This document shows positions 33,760 to 47,069 of a DNA stretch of 64,000 nt, piece by piece (positions within the stretch are counted from its first letter, which is position 1; each line of letters opens with the position of its first letter). Position numbers and translations under genes: made by a program. Below the pieces are notes generated by a model, which was not told where the DNA came from, did not search any database, and worked only from the letters and a program-made list of their open reading frames with translations. The stretch comes from an uncultured delta proteobacterium (lineage in GTDB: Bacteria > Myxococcota > Myxococcia > Myxococcales > Anaeromyxobacteraceae): NCBI GenBank assembly GCA_963814585.1, contig CAWFDF010000012.1:192001-256000 (forward strand), in the 5' to 3' direction.

Positions 33760-36189
33760 GTGCCGCCAGCCACCATCGACCCCGAGGCCCCCGCGCCGGG
33801 ATCCATCTCCGCGCTCCTCGCCGACCTCGCCCGCACGCCTGCGGTCGCCGAGGGCGTGGCCTGGTCGCCCGACCTTCGACCCGGGACCCGGATCGACCGG
33901 TTCGAGCTGGTGCGCGAGCTGGGGCGCGGCGCCTTCGGCGTGGTCTTCGAGGCGCTCGACACGTCGCTGGGCCGGCTGGTGGCCTTCAAGGTGGTCCGCG
34001 CCGGGCGGACCGAGGTCGCCGAGGACCAGCTGCGGCGCGAGGCCGAGACCATCGCCCGGCTCGCCCACCCCAACCTGGTGACGCTCTACGACTACGGCAG
34101 CTGCGCCCACGGACCCTACCTGGTGCTCGAGCTGCTGCGCGGCCGGACCCTCTCGGCGCGGCTGGCGGCTGGGCCGCTGCCGCCCGCCGAGGCGGTGGCC
34201 ATCGCCGTCGACGTGGCCCGCGGCCTGGCCTGGGCCCACGCGCACGGCGTGGTCCACCGCGACCTCAAGCCCTCCAACATCTTCCTCGTCGAGGGGGGAG
34301 GCGCCAAGGTGCTCGACTTCGGCCTGGCGCAGGCCTTCGGGCGGCGCCGGCTGGGGGGCGGCACCCCCAACGGCATGGCGCCCGAGCAGTGGCGGGAAGC
34401 GCCCGAGGACGAGCGGACCGACGTCTTCGCGCTCGGCGTGGTCCTGTTCCGCATGCTGACCGGCCGGCTCCCCTTCGCCAACGACGAGGGGCGGTCGGTG
34501 CTGGGGCGGGAGCCGGCGCCACGCCTCTCGGTGCCGGGGCACCCCGACCTCGCCAGGCTGATCGCCCGGATGCTGGAGAAGGATCCGGTCCGGCGGCCAC
34601 GGGACGGCGCCGCGGCGCTGACCGGCCTGCTGGTGACGCAGGCGGAGCTCCCGCCGCCGGAGGCCGGGGGCCCGGCCGCCGGCTCCGTCCGGATCCAGCC
34701 ACGCTGGCGGCGCCGGGCTGGACGGCTGCTGGCCGGCGCCGCGGCGCTGGTGGCGGTGGCGGCGCTGGCGGCGGGGTGGGTCGAGTGGCAGCGGCGTGGC
34801 GGCCCGGACCCGCCGCCGTCCGTCGCCGTCCTCCCCTTCGTCGACCTGAGCCAGGGCCACGACCAGCGCTTCCTCTCCGATGGCCTGGCCGAGGAGATCG
34901 TGTCGTCGCTGACGCGGCTCGAAGGGCTGCGGGTCACGGGGCGGGTCTCGGCGGCCACCTTCCGCGATCCCCTCCCCGACCTCCGCAGGATCGGCCGCGA
35001 CCTCGGCGTGGCCACGGTGCTGGAGGGGAGCGTCCGCCGGGACGGCGCCCGGGTCCGGGTGACCGCCCAGCTGGTCAAGGTCGACGACGGGTACCACCTC
35101 TGGTCGCGGACCTTCGATCGCGACATCGCGGATCTCTTCGCGGTCCAGGACGAGATCGCCGGCGCCGTGGTCACGGCCCTCCAGGTGAAGCTGCTGGCGG
35201 GTCGCGGGCCCCACTCCCGGCTCCACCGGACCGCCCACCCGGAGGCCTACGCGCAGTACCTGCTGGGCCGGCAGCTGGATCGCCAGGACCGGGTCGAGGA
35301 GGCGCAGCAGGCGGCGGCCGCCTACCGCCGCGCCGTGGCCATCGACCCGACCTACGCGCCGGCCTGGGCGGGCCTCTCGCAGGCGATGTTCTGGGGTCAC
35401 GCCAACGTCGACGGCTCGGCCGCCGCGCTGAAGCCGGCCAGGCAGGAGGCCATGGCCGCCGCCGAGCAGGCGGTGGCCCTGGCGCCCGAGCTGGCCGAGG
35501 GCTACGCCGCCCGCGGCTTCCTGCGCGCCTCCCTGGAGTGGGACTGGACCGGCGCCCGCTCGGACTTCGAGCGTGCCGTGGCCCTCGATCCGGGCAGCAG
35601 CGAGATCCGCCAGACCTACGCCCGCAACGTCCTCGCCCCCATCGGCCTGCTGGCCGAGGCCCGCGCCGGGGCGCTCCTGGCGACGCAGCTCGATCCGCTC
35701 TCCAACAGCGCCTGGACGTCGCTGGCCGCCATCCACCTCGCCGAGGGGGACCTGGTCCAGGCCCGCCGGGCCGCCACCCGCTCGCTGGAGCTCCGGCCCC
35801 GGCAGGACTTCGCCCCCACCTACCTGGCGCTGGTGGACCTGCTGGAGGGACGGCCGGAGGCGGCCCTCCAGGAGGCCGAGCGGTGCGCCGCGGAGCTCTT
35901 CCGGCTTCAGCTGACCGCGGCGGCGCTCCACGCCCAGGGTCGGAGCGTCGAGGCCAGGGCGGCGCTCGACCAGCTCATCGCCCGCCACGCCACCGACGGG
36001 CCGTTCCAGATCGCCACGGTCCATGCCTGGCGCGGCGAGCCCGACCAGGCCTTCCGGTGGCTGGAGCGGGCGCTGGCGGAGCTCGATGGAGGGCTCATGG
36101 ACCTGCGGCTCGATCCGCTGCTGCGCGGGCTGGTCCCGGATCCCCGCTTCGACGCGCTGCTGGCGCGCCTCCGCCTGGCGGCGAGGTGA
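33760..36189 (+). CDS. Hanks-type Ser/Thr kinase with TM segment, TolB-N-like domain and TPR repeats
   Basis: LGRGAFGVV, VAFK, HRDLKPSN, DFGLA, MAPEQ; SVAVLPFVDLS; helical repeats. Confidence 0.92.
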   Translation: MPPATIDPEAPAPGSISALLADLARTPAVAEGVAWSPDLRPGTRIDRFELVRELGRGAFGVVFEALDTSLGRLVAFKVVRAGRTEVAEDQLRREAETIARLAHPNLVTLYDYGSCAHGPYLVLELLRGRTLSARLAAGPLPPAEAVAIAVDVARGLAWAHAHGVVHRDLKPSNIFLVEGGGAKVLDFGLAQAFGRRRLGGGTPNGMAPEQWREAPEDERTDVFALGVVLFRMLTGRLPFANDEGRSVLGREPAPRLSVPGHPDLARLIARMLEKDPVRRPRDGAAALTGLLVTQAELPPPEAGGPAAGSVRIQPRWRRRAGRLLAGAAALVAVAALAAGWVEWQRRGGPDPPPSVAVLPFVDLSQGHDQRFLSDGLAEEIVSSLTRLEGLRVTGRVSAATFRDPLPDLRRIGRDLGVATVLEGSVRRDGARVRVTAQLVKVDDGYHLWSRTFDRDIADLFAVQDEIAGAVVTALQVKLLAGRGPHSRLHRTAHPEAYAQYLLGRQLDRQDRVEEAQQAAAAYRRAVAIDPTYAPAWAGLSQAMFWGHANVDGSAAALKPARQEAMAAAEQAVALAPELAEGYAARGFLRASLEWDWTGARSDFERAVALDPGSSEIRQTYARNVLAPIGLLAEARAGALLATQLDPLSNSAWTSLAAIHLAEGDLVQARRAATRSLELRPRQDFAPTYLALVDLLEGRPEAALQEAERCAAELFRLQLTAAALHAQGRSVEARAALDQLIARHATDGPFQIATVHAWRGEPDQAFRWLERALAELDGGLMDLRLDPLLRGLVPDPRFDALLARLRLAAR

Positions 36190-36198
36190 CGGCGCCCG

Positions 36199-37344
36199 TC
36201 ACCCGAGCTGGGTGCGGAAGCGCGAGACCGCCAGCGCCATCACCCCGACGCCGAGCACGGCCAGGAAGGCCAGCTGGAACCAGAGGTCGGCGAAGCCGGC
36301 GCCGCGCATCAGCACGCCGCGCATCACCTCGGCGAAGTGGCGCACCGGGTTGAACCAGGTGATGACCTGGAGCCACCCCGGCATGCCGCGGATGGGGGTC
36401 ATCACGCCGGAGAGCAGGATGGCGGGCATCATGAAGATGAAGCCGCCCAGGAAGGCCTGCTGCTGGTTCTGCGAGAGCGTCGAGATGAGCAGCCCGATCC
36501 CGAGCGTGGAGAAGAGGTAGAGCAGCACGCCGGTGGCGCCCACCATCAGGCTCCCTCGCAGCGGCACCTCGAAGACCCAGCTCCCCACCGCCACCAGCAG
36601 CAGGACGTCGAAGATCCCGATGACCATGAAGGGGAGGAGCTTGCCGATGAGCAGCCACAGCGGCCTGATGGGCGTCACCAGCACCTGCTCCATGGTCCCC
36701 ATCTCGCGCTCGCGCGCGAGCCCCATGGCGGTGACCAGCGTGGTGACGATCACCAGCAGCGTGCCGGCGATCCCCGGCACGATGTAGGGCGCGGTCTTGA
36801 GCCGCGGGTTGTAGAGGACGCGAGGCGCCAGCACCACCTGCGCCGGCGCCGGGCGCCCCGCCGCCTCCAGCCGTTCCCGGATGAGCCGCTCCCCCACCTC
36901 GCCGAAGTAGCGGGAGGCGGCGCCGCTCGCCACCATGGCCCGGTTGGGATCGCTGCCGTCGAGCAGCAGCTGCACCTGGGCCGGCCGCTGGCTGGCCAGG
37001 TCGTGCGCCAGCCCGGGCGGGAGGACCAGCGCCGCGGCGGCCCGTCCGCCGTCGAGGGCGTGGTCGGCCTCGGGCACCCCGGCCGCATCGCCCGCGAAGC
37101 GCAGGGTCTGGTCGGCCAGCACCCGCCGGGCGTGGAGACGGCTCTCATCGCTCCGATCCTGGTCGACCAGCACGGTCGGCACCCGGTCGACGTCGAAGTC
37201 GACGGCGAAGCCGAAGACCACGGTCTGGATGAGCGGCGCCACGATGAGCAGGACCATGACCCGCCTGTCGCGGATGGTCTGGCGCACCTCCTTCCGGAAG
37301 ACCGCCCCCAGCTGGCGCCGCGCGGTGTGCCAGGAGGCGCTCAC
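36199..37344 (-). CDS. ABC exporter permease (YbhR-like)
   Basis: KEVRQTIRD, YNPRL, AREREMGTMEQVLVTP. Confidence 0.9.
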   Translation of the reverse strand: MSASWHTARRQLGAVFRKEVRQTIRDRRVMVLLIVAPLIQTVVFGFAVDFDVDRVPTVLVDQDRSDESRLHARRVLADQTLRFAGDAAGVPEADHALDGGRAAAALVLPPGLAHDLASQRPAQVQLLLDGSDPNRAMVASGAASRYFGEVGERLIRERLEAAGRPAPAQVVLAPRVLYNPRLKTAPYIVPGIAGTLLVIVTTLVTAMGLAREREMGTMEQVLVTPIRPLWLLIGKLLPFMVIGIFDVLLLVAVGSWVFEVPLRGSLMVGATGVLLYLFSTLGIGLLISTLSQNQQQAFLGGFIFMMPAILLSGVMTPIRGMPGWLQVITWFNPVRHFAEVMRGVLMRGAGFADLWFQLAFLAVLGVGVMALAVSRFRTQLG

Positions 37345-38477
37345 GCCACCCTCCGCTTGAAGCGGACCGTGGCCAGCCCGAGGACGCCGACCGCGAAGGC
37401 CGCCATGGCCAGCAGGTCCGGCCAGAGCACGTCGAGGCCGTTCCCCTTGAGCAGGATCCCGCGCAGCCCGTGGACCAGGTAGCGGGCCGGGATGAGGCGC
37501 GAGATGGCCTGCAGCGGCAGCGGCATGTTCTCGATGGGGAAGATGATCCCGGAGAGGATGATGGCCGGCAGCATGGCCGAGAGCGCCCCGGCCTGCGTCG
37601 CCACCAGCTGGTTCCTGGCCACCACGGAGATGAGGAGCCCCTGGCCGAGCATGCCGGCCAGGAAGACCAGCCCGAAGAGCATGACCAGTGGCAGGCCGCC
37701 GCGGATGGGGACCTCGAAGACCAGGGCGCCGAAGGCGACCACCAGCAGCAGCTCGAGCAGGCCGAGCACCAGGTAGGGGAGCAGCTTGCCGAGCACGATC
37801 TCGAGGCGCCCCACCGGCGAGGCGAAGAGCTGCTCCATCGAGCCGCGCTCCCACTCGCCGGCGATGGCCAGCGCGGTGAGCATCACCGCGGTGATGGCCA
37901 GCAGGAAGGCCGAGAGCCCCGGCACCATGTAGAGGGCCGAGCGCCCCTCCGGGTTGTAGCGGGTCCAGACCTTCACCTGCAGCGGCGGCTGGAGCCCGGC
38001 GAAGGCGGCGCCGGCCAGCCGCTGGCTCTCGGCTCTGGCGATGGCGTCGGCCTTGGCGAGGACCTGGTTGCCCACCACGGGGTCGGCGCCGTCGAGCATG
38101 AGCTGGACCTGCGCCTTCCGGCCGAGCAGCAGGTCCCGCTGGTAGCCCCGCGGCACCACCAGCGCCGCCACGATGGCTCCGGAGCGGAAGAGCGGCTCCA
38201 CTCCCTCCGGCGCCGGGTGGGCCGCCACGCGGAACTCCCGGGAGCCGTCGAAGGCCCTCGCCAGCGCCCGCGAGGCCTCGCCCTGGTCCTGGTCGGCGAA
38301 GGCCAGGGGGATGTGGTCGAGGTCGGTGGAGACGCCGTAACCGAAGAGGAAGAGCATCACCACCGGCATCACCAGCGCCAGGCCCAGCGTGCGCGGGTCG
38401 CGCCGGACGTGGATGGTCTCCTTGCCGGCCATGGCGCCGATGCGGAGCAGCGAGCGGAGCAGCGGTGAGCGGCTCAC
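37341..38477 (-). CDS. ABC exporter permease (YbhS-like)
   Basis: KETIHVRRDPRTL, LFGYG, YNPEG, EWERGSMEQL. Confidence 0.9.
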   Translation of the reverse strand: MSRSPLLRSLLRIGAMAGKETIHVRRDPRTLGLALVMPVVMLFLFGYGVSTDLDHIPLAFADQDQGEASRALARAFDGSREFRVAAHPAPEGVEPLFRSGAIVAALVVPRGYQRDLLLGRKAQVQLMLDGADPVVGNQVLAKADAIARAESQRLAGAAFAGLQPPLQVKVWTRYNPEGRSALYMVPGLSAFLLAITAVMLTALAIAGEWERGSMEQLFASPVGRLEIVLGKLLPYLVLGLLELLLVVAFGALVFEVPIRGGLPLVMLFGLVFLAGMLGQGLLISVVARNQLVATQAGALSAMLPAIILSGIIFPIENMPLPLQAISRLIPARYLVHGLRGILLKGNGLDVLWPDLLAMAAFAVGVLGLATVRFKRRVA

Positions 38478-39412
38478 GGCGGGCCCCCGCCGCCGCGATC
38501 GACCACGGCGAGGAACACGTCCTCCAGCGACGGCGCCGCCTCCTCCACCTCGACCGCCTCGGCCCCGGCCGCGCGCAGCGCCGCCACCACCCCGGCCGCG
38601 TCGAGGCCGGCCGGATCGACGCGCACGTGGAGCCCGGCGCCGAAGGGGGCCACCGCGCGGACCCCGGGCGCGCCGGCCAGCCGCACCCCGGCCGCGGCCA
38701 GGCCGCGCCCGCGGGCCACCAGCACCCGCTCCGGCACCCAGGTCGCCTTCAGGCCGGCCGGCGTGTCGAGCGCCACCAGCTTGCCGTCCACCATCAGCCC
38801 GATGCGCCGGCAGTACTCGGCCTCGTCGAGGTAGTGGGTGGTGACGAAGACGGTGGTGCCGCCGCTCGCCAGCTCGCGGATCAGCTCCCAGAAGGCCCGC
38901 CGGGCCACCGGGTCGACGCCGGCGGTCGGCTCGTCGAGGAAGACGATGCCGGGCCGGTGGAGCAGCGCGCAGGCCAGCGCCAGCCGCTGCCGCTGCCCGC
39001 CCGGCAGGTCCCCGGTGGTGGCGTCGTGCTGGGCGTCGAGCCCGACCCGCTCCAGCAGCTCGGCGGCGCGGATCCGCAGCGCCTTCCCCTCCAGGCCGTA
39101 GGCGGCGCCGAAGAAGAGCAGGTTCTCCTCCACCGGCAGGTCGAGGTAGAGCGAGAACCTCTGGGACATGTAGCCGATCGACGCCTTGACCCGGTCGGGC
39201 GCGGTGGCCACGTCGTGGCCGGCCACGGTGGCCTGTCCGCCCGTCGGCGCCAGCAGCCCGATCAGCATGCGGATGGTGGTGCACTTGCCGGCGCCGTTGG
39301 CGCCGAGGTAGCCGAAGATCTCCCCCTGCGCCACCTCGAACGAGACCCGGTCGACGGCGGTGAAGTCGCCGAAGCGGCGGGTCAGGTCCCGGACCTCGAT
39401 GGCCTGGCTCAC
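38474..39412 (-). CDS. ABC exporter ATP-binding protein (resembles C-half of YbhF)
   Basis: GANGAGKCTT, GYMSQRFSLY, LDEPTAGVDP, TTHYLDEAEYC. Confidence 0.9.
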   Translation of the reverse strand: MSQAIEVRDLTRRFGDFTAVDRVSFEVAQGEIFGYLGANGAGKCTTIRMLIGLLAPTGGQATVAGHDVATAPDRVKASIGYMSQRFSLYLDLPVEENLLFFGAAYGLEGKALRIRAAELLERVGLDAQHDATTGDLPGGQRQRLALACALLHRPGIVFLDEPTAGVDPVARRAFWELIRELASGGTTVFVTTHYLDEAEYCRRIGLMVDGKLVALDTPAGLKATWVPERVLVARGRGLAAAGVRLAGAPGVRAVAPFGAGLHVRVDPAGLDAAGVVAALRAAGAEAVEVEEAAPSLEDVFLAVVDRGGGGPP

Positions 39413-40176
39413 GCGGCCCGCCCGATCGAGTCGATGAAGAGCTCCTCGAAGGAGGGGCGGGCGTGGCCGGCCCGCTCGAAGTCGGCCAGGAGCCGCCCCG
39501 GCGCTCCCTCCAGCAGCAGCCGCCCGTGGTGGACCAGCCCGACCCGGTGGCAGCGCTCGGCCTCGTCCATGTAGGGCGTGCTGATCACCACCGCCATGCC
39601 CCCATCGACGAACTCGTGGAGCAGGGACCAGAGCTCGCGCCGCGAGACCGGGTCGACGCCGTTGGTGGGCTCGTCGAGCAGGAGCACCTCCGGCTCGGTG
39701 AGCAGCGCGCAGGAGAGCGCCAGCTTCTTGTACATGCCGCCGGAGAGCTGGTCGGCGCGGCGGTCGATGAAGGGGGCCAGCCTGGTCAAGGCCAGCAGCC
39801 GGGCCGAGCGCTCGCGGTAGAGCCCGCCGGGGAGCGTCGCCAGCCGGCCGAAGAAGCGCAGGTTCTCGCCCACGGTCAGGTCACGGTAGAGGCTGTACTG
39901 CTGGGGCATCAGCCCGAGCCGCTCGCGCACGGCGCCGTGGCGGGCCGGGTCGAGGCCGAGGATGCGGGCCTCGCCCCCGTCGAGGTCGATGAGCCCGGCC
40001 AGGGCCCGGATGGCGGTGGTCTTGCCGGCACCGTCGGGGCCGACCAGGCCGTAGAGCTCGCCGCGGCTCACCGAGAAGCCGAGCCCGTCGAGCGCCTGCA
40101 CCGCGCCGAAGCGGCGCCGGAGGTCGTGGGCCACGATGGCCGGCCCATCCGCCACGGCGGCGCCCTGGTCCGCCAC
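39409..40176 (-). CDS. ABC exporter ATP-binding protein (resembles N-half of YbhF)
   Basis: GPDGAGKTT, LSGGMYKKLAL, DEPTNGVDP, STPYMDEAERC. Confidence 0.9.
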   Translation of the reverse strand: MADQGAAVADGPAIVAHDLRRRFGAVQALDGLGFSVSRGELYGLVGPDGAGKTTAIRALAGLIDLDGGEARILGLDPARHGAVRERLGLMPQQYSLYRDLTVGENLRFFGRLATLPGGLYRERSARLLALTRLAPFIDRRADQLSGGMYKKLALSCALLTEPEVLLLDEPTNGVDPVSRRELWSLLHEFVDGGMAVVISTPYMDEAERCHRVGLVHHGRLLLEGAPGRLLADFERAGHARPSFEELFIDSIGRAA

Positions 40177-40177
40177 G

Positions 40178-41218
40178 TCAGCGCCCCGTGCCGGGGATGG
40201 TGACCTGGACCGGCATCCCGGCACGCAGCCGGTGGGCGGGGTCCTTCACCGTCACCTCGACCGGATAGACCAGCCGGTCGCGATCGGTGCGGGTCTGGAT
40301 GTTGCGCGGCGTGAACTCGGCCTCGAGCGAGACCGTCCGCACCGTCCCCTCGAAGCGCTCCCCGGGCCAGGCGTCGGCCACCACCACCGCCGCCGCCCCC
40401 GGCCGAACCGCGCCGACCTCGGCGTTGGGCAGGTAGAAGGTGGCCTTGGGCTCGGAGAGATCGACGAGCCGGACCAGCACCGACCCGGGGCTCGCCAGCT
40501 CCCCCGCCTCGTGCGGCAGCTTCCCGACCTCGGCGTCGCGCGGCGCCTGGAGCACGCACTCGCCCGCCAGCAGCCGGGTGCGCGCCACCGCCGCCTCGGC
40601 CGCCTTGACCTGCGCCTCGGCCGCCCGGGCCTGGGCCTCGGCGGCGCCGACCCCGGCCTCGGCCGCCCGGGCCTGGGCCTCGCCGGCCACCGCCTGCGCC
40701 GCGGCCGCCTCCGCCTGGTGGCGCAGCCCGTCGGCGGCCGCCTGGCTCTGGTCGAGGCTCGACTCGGAGACCGCCTCGCCCATGGAGGAGGTCCGCCTGG
40801 CCTGCCGCTCGGCCACGTCGCGCTGGGCCACCAGCGAGGCGGCCTGGGCCCCGGCCGCTGACTGGCTGGCGCGCGCCGCCGCCCGGGAGCTCGCCGCCGA
40901 CTGTCGCTGCGCCGCAGCCGCCGCCGCCTGCGCCCGCGCCGTGGCCAGGCGGGCCTCGGACTCGGCCAGCGCCGCCTCCTGGTCGGAGCAGTCGAGCCGC
41001 AGCAGCAGGTCACCGGCCTTGACGGCCTGCCCCTCGCGCACCTTCACCTCGAGCACCCGGGCGCCGACCCGCGAGGAGAGGTCGACCACCACCGCCTCGA
41101 TCTGCCCCGACCCGCCGGCCGGTGCCGCCAGGGCACGGGCCTGGACCCAGACCTTGAGCGAGATGAGGACCGTGAGGAGCAGCGTGAAGCCGGCGAGGGC
41201 GATGAGGACGCGGCGCAT
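40178..41218 (-). CDS. HlyD-family periplasmic adaptor (YbhG-like)
   Basis: N-terminal TM anchor, Ala-rich coiled coil, AEFTPRNIQT..DR.RLVY, GMP. Confidence 0.92.
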   Translation of the reverse strand: MRRVLIALAGFTLLLTVLISLKVWVQARALAAPAGGSGQIEAVVVDLSSRVGARVLEVKVREGQAVKAGDLLLRLDCSDQEAALAESEARLATARAQAAAAAAQRQSAASSRAAARASQSAAGAQAASLVAQRDVAERQARRTSSMGEAVSESSLDQSQAAADGLRHQAEAAAAQAVAGEAQARAAEAGVGAAEAQARAAEAQVKAAEAAVARTRLLAGECVLQAPRDAEVGKLPHEAGELASPGSVLVRLVDLSEPKATFYLPNAEVGAVRPGAAAVVVADAWPGERFEGTVRTVSLEAEFTPRNIQTRTDRDRLVYPVEVTVKDPAHRLRAGMPVQVTIPGTGR

Positions 41219-41267
41219 GGGTGGCTCTCCGGGAGGTCGCGCATTGGACCCCGCTTCTCCCGCCCGG

Positions 41268-41283
41268 GGCAAGGGTCGTGCCG
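41268..41283 (-). promoter_or_regulatory. Sigma-54 (-24/-12) promoter for the efflux operon
   Basis: Minus strand CGGCACG-ACCC-TTGCC, exact GG-N10-GC spacing, about 50 bp upstream of the adaptor ATG. Confidence 0.7.
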
Positions 41284-41340
41284 CGCCGCCGCCGGGGCGT
41301 CCCGCCAGGGCTTTCCGGATACCCGCCCGACGGCCAGGTC

Positions 41341-41354
41341 GTCGGATTCCCGAC
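41341..41354. promoter_or_regulatory. Putative enhancer (EBP binding site) GTCGG-ATTC-CCGAC
   Basis: Perfect palindromic arms about 60-70 bp upstream of the -24 element; degenerate copies flank it (about 41314-41327 and 41359-41375). Confidence 0.5.
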
Positions 41355-41548
41355 AGGGTGTCAGGAGGGGCGAACGCCCCGCGGGCCAGGCGGCTCCGGA
41401 TCTGCCGGCCGGTCGGCCCGCTCCCGGCCGGCGCCACGCCCGGCATCCGGCGTGCTCCCCCACGTCAGCTGGCGTGGCTCGGCGCCGCTGGCGTGCGTGG
41501 TGAGGGGGTCCGTCGTATCCTCGCGGGGCGGCCGCCAGCCGCCGCGCG

Positions 41549-41564
41549 CGGATCGGCGCTTGCA
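41549..41564 (+). promoter_or_regulatory. Possible sigma-54 promoter for the HK/RR pair
   Basis: CGGATCG-GCGC-TTGCA with GG-N10-GC spacing, 30 bp upstream of the HK start; the -24 box is imperfect. Confidence 0.4.
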
Positions 41565-41593
41565 GTGGTCGGCTTGCCTGGGAAGGGGCACCG

Positions 41594-42922
41594 GTGAACC
41601 CGCGGGACGGCTTCGAGGAGATCCAGCGACAGGAGATGTCCCGGCTCTTCGGGCTCTTCACCCGCGCCCGCCTGGCCCTCATCCCGGCGCTGGTGGTCCT
41701 CTTCGCCTGGACCTGGTGGGTCGATCCCACCGGCTGGCGCATCGTCATCCTGGCCGTGGCGGTCCCGGTGCTGGCCGCCATCTTCGTCGCGGAGTTCCGC
41801 CGCTGGCAGCGGCGTGGCCTCTCCCGCCATGCCATCGACCGCAACCTGGTGGTCGGCGTCCTCGCCATCGTCACCTTCAGCGTGGTGAGCGGGGGCCTGG
41901 AGAGCCCCTTCCTGCCCGTCATGGTGGTGGTGACCGTCGCCATCGGCCTCTTCGGCTCGCCGGCGGTCGCCACCTGGCTGATGGGCTTCGAGATGCTCAC
42001 GGTGCTCACCTTCACCGTCCTGCAGCTGACCCGCGGCGACGCCTGGCTGCGGCTCCCCGCCCTCACCGGCCAGGGCCGCATCCCCTCCGTCCGCACCTTC
42101 ACGGTGGCCGTCACCTTCATGCTCATGCTGGCGCTCAGCCGTCACCTGGGCCGCTTCGTCCGCCGCGCCTTCGACGCCATGCTGAGGCGGACGGTGCGGG
42201 CCCAGACCGAGTCGCTCCGCGCCCACGCCGAGCGGGCCGAGGAGCTGACCGCCCTCTCCGCCGAGATCGCCCATGAGCTGAAGAACCCGCTGGCCTCGGT
42301 GAAGGGGCTGGCCGGGCTGCTGGCGCCGGCCATGACCCCCGGCAAGGCGGCGGAGCGGCTGGCCGTGCTGCGCCACGAGGTCGACCGGATGCAGGCCATC
42401 CTCGACGAGTTCCTCAACTTCTCCCGCCCGCTGGTCCCGCTGGCGCTCGGCGACCACGACGCCGGCGAGCTCTGCCGCGAGGTGGCGGCGCTCCACGAGG
42501 GGCTGGCCCACGAGCGCGGCGTGGAGCTGGAGGTCGACGCGGCGGCCCCGGCCCCGGCCCGCTGCGATCCACGCAAGGTGAAGCAGGTGCTCATCAACCT
42601 GGTCCAGAACGCCCTCGACGCCTCGCCGCCCGAGTCGGTGGTGCTGCTGCGCGCCTCCGCCGAGCCGGGGGGCGGGGCCCGGGTGGTGGTGGCCGACCGG
42701 GGGCTGGGGCTCGACCCGGCGCTGGGCCGGCAGATCTTCGATCCCGGCGTCACCACCAAGGCGCAGGGGAGCGGCCTCGGCCTCACCATCGCGCGGGCGC
42801 TGGCCCGCCAGCACGGCGGCGAGCTCTCGCTCTCGCCCGCGCCCGGGCGGCGGCACCGAGGCGGTGCTGCTGCTGCCCGGTCCGGAGGCGGCCCCCCGGC
42901 CCGCCGCCAGCGGGGAGGCGGC

Positions 42923-42926
<4 letters not shown>
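41594..42926 (+). CDS. Membrane sensor histidine kinase, apparent frameshift near 42836
   Basis: About 6 TM helices, IAHELKNPL, NLVQNA, DRGLG, GSGLGL. Removing one C restores SPRPGGGTEAVLLLP and a TGA overlapping the RR GTG. Confidence 0.88.
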
Positions 42927-44267
<1,341 letters not shown>

Positions 44268-44760
44268 GCAGGGCCACAGCCGGCCATCGACGGCGTCGAA
44301 GGGATCGGCTTCGCCCGGGCGCCTGCTGGTCGGAGGAGTCGGCCGGGACCAACGGGCCCGGGACGGCCATCGCAAGGGGAAGCCTGTCGAGGTCTTCGCC
44401 TCGGAGCACTTCGTCGAGGCCTGGCAGCCCTGGTCCTGCGCCGGCGCCCCAATCTTCCGGCCCGGCGAGGAGACCCCGGTCGGGCTGGTCGACATCGCCG
44501 GCCCGTGGGAGGCGCACCACTCGCAGGCGCTGGTGATCGCCAAGGCGATCGCGAGGGCCATCGAGGAGCGCCTGGCGGTGGCGGCCAGTGTCCGCGACGA
44601 GGTGATCCGCTTCGCCTTCCGCGCCGCCCGCGGCCGCGAGGAGCCGCTGCTGGCGGTGGACGAGTCGGGGCGCATCCTCGCCAGCAACGGAGCCGCCTCC
44701 TCGCGCATCGGCCTCACCTCGGGGCGGCTCTGCCCGACCTTCGCGGCGAGGTGGAGAAGC
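44268..44760 (+). pseudogene. Fragment of an AcoR-like GAF-domain transcriptional regulator
   Basis: Across shifted frames: GIGF.PGACWSEESAGTNGPGTAI...PVEVFASEHFVEAWQPWSCAGAPI...GLVDIAG...AIEERL; no start and no C-terminus. Confidence 0.7.
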
Positions 44761-44849
44761 TGGTGGCGGGAGGCGGCCGACGGCGCCAGATCGCCTGCGC
44801 GACCTCGCCTCACGCGGCGCTCACCTTCCGGTCGGCGCCGCCGCGGGCG

Positions 44850-45437
44850 ACGCGCCGGCGCGTACCACTCGACCCCGAGGGCTCCGGGATCGATCGACGC
44901 CAACACCGGCTGGCCCACGGTCGTGGCGTCCCCGGCCCCCGGGGCCATCCGGAGCTGCAGCGGCGGCTCGCCCTCCCGCCAGGAGCGAAGACGACGGCCA
45001 GCCGGTGCCGGGCGCCGTCGAGGCAGAGAGCGTCCCGGGCTTGCCAGTCGCGGGTGGTGGCCTGGCGCCGCTCCGGGGCGCAGGCCTCGAGCGCCAGCGG
45101 GCGGGTCCGGGTCTTCTTCGACTTGCCGCTGCCCGCCAGCACTCGAGCCAGCAGTCCTTCGACAGGACGGTGCAGGTGGGCGGGCGGGCCGGCGCCTCGT
45201 CGAGCCCCAGGTTGGCGGCCCGCGCGACGTCGGAGGTGCAGCGTCAGAGCCGCCCAGGCCGACGAAGAGGCAGTCGGCGGTGAGCCAGCTGAGCCAGTCG
45301 GTCCCAGCGAAGCGCAGCCGGAGCGCCATGTACCAGGCCGACGCCACAGCGCCCCGAGGAGCGCCGAGCGAAGCCAGAGGCCCGGCCGGGTCGGCGATGA
45401 CCACCTCGCGGTCGACGACACGGGGCGGCAGCGCCAT
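44850..45437 (-). pseudogene. Frameshifted fragment of a hypothetical membrane protein
   Basis: Protein-like pieces in alternating frames (LFVGLGG, ANLGLDEAP, SGKSKKTRT, WREGEPPLQLR, PGALGVEWY). Confidence 0.4.
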
Positions 45438-45443
45438 GGCCGC

Positions 45444-46929
<1,486 letters not shown>

Positions 46930-47069
46930 CCTCGCGCGAGCGCGGCGTCACCGACCTCCACCTCGCCGGCCAGGCCGACGGCCTTGAGGAGGCCGAGGTA
47001 CCAGCGCTCACGCACCACCAGGAGCGGGAGGCGCCCGGGAGCTCCAGGGGCCGAGCGGCCCGCCGACGC

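Noticed and set aside
40590..40720. 42-nt near-duplication in the HlyD gene
   Set aside because: Encodes ordinary coiled-coil heptads (AEAQARAAEA).
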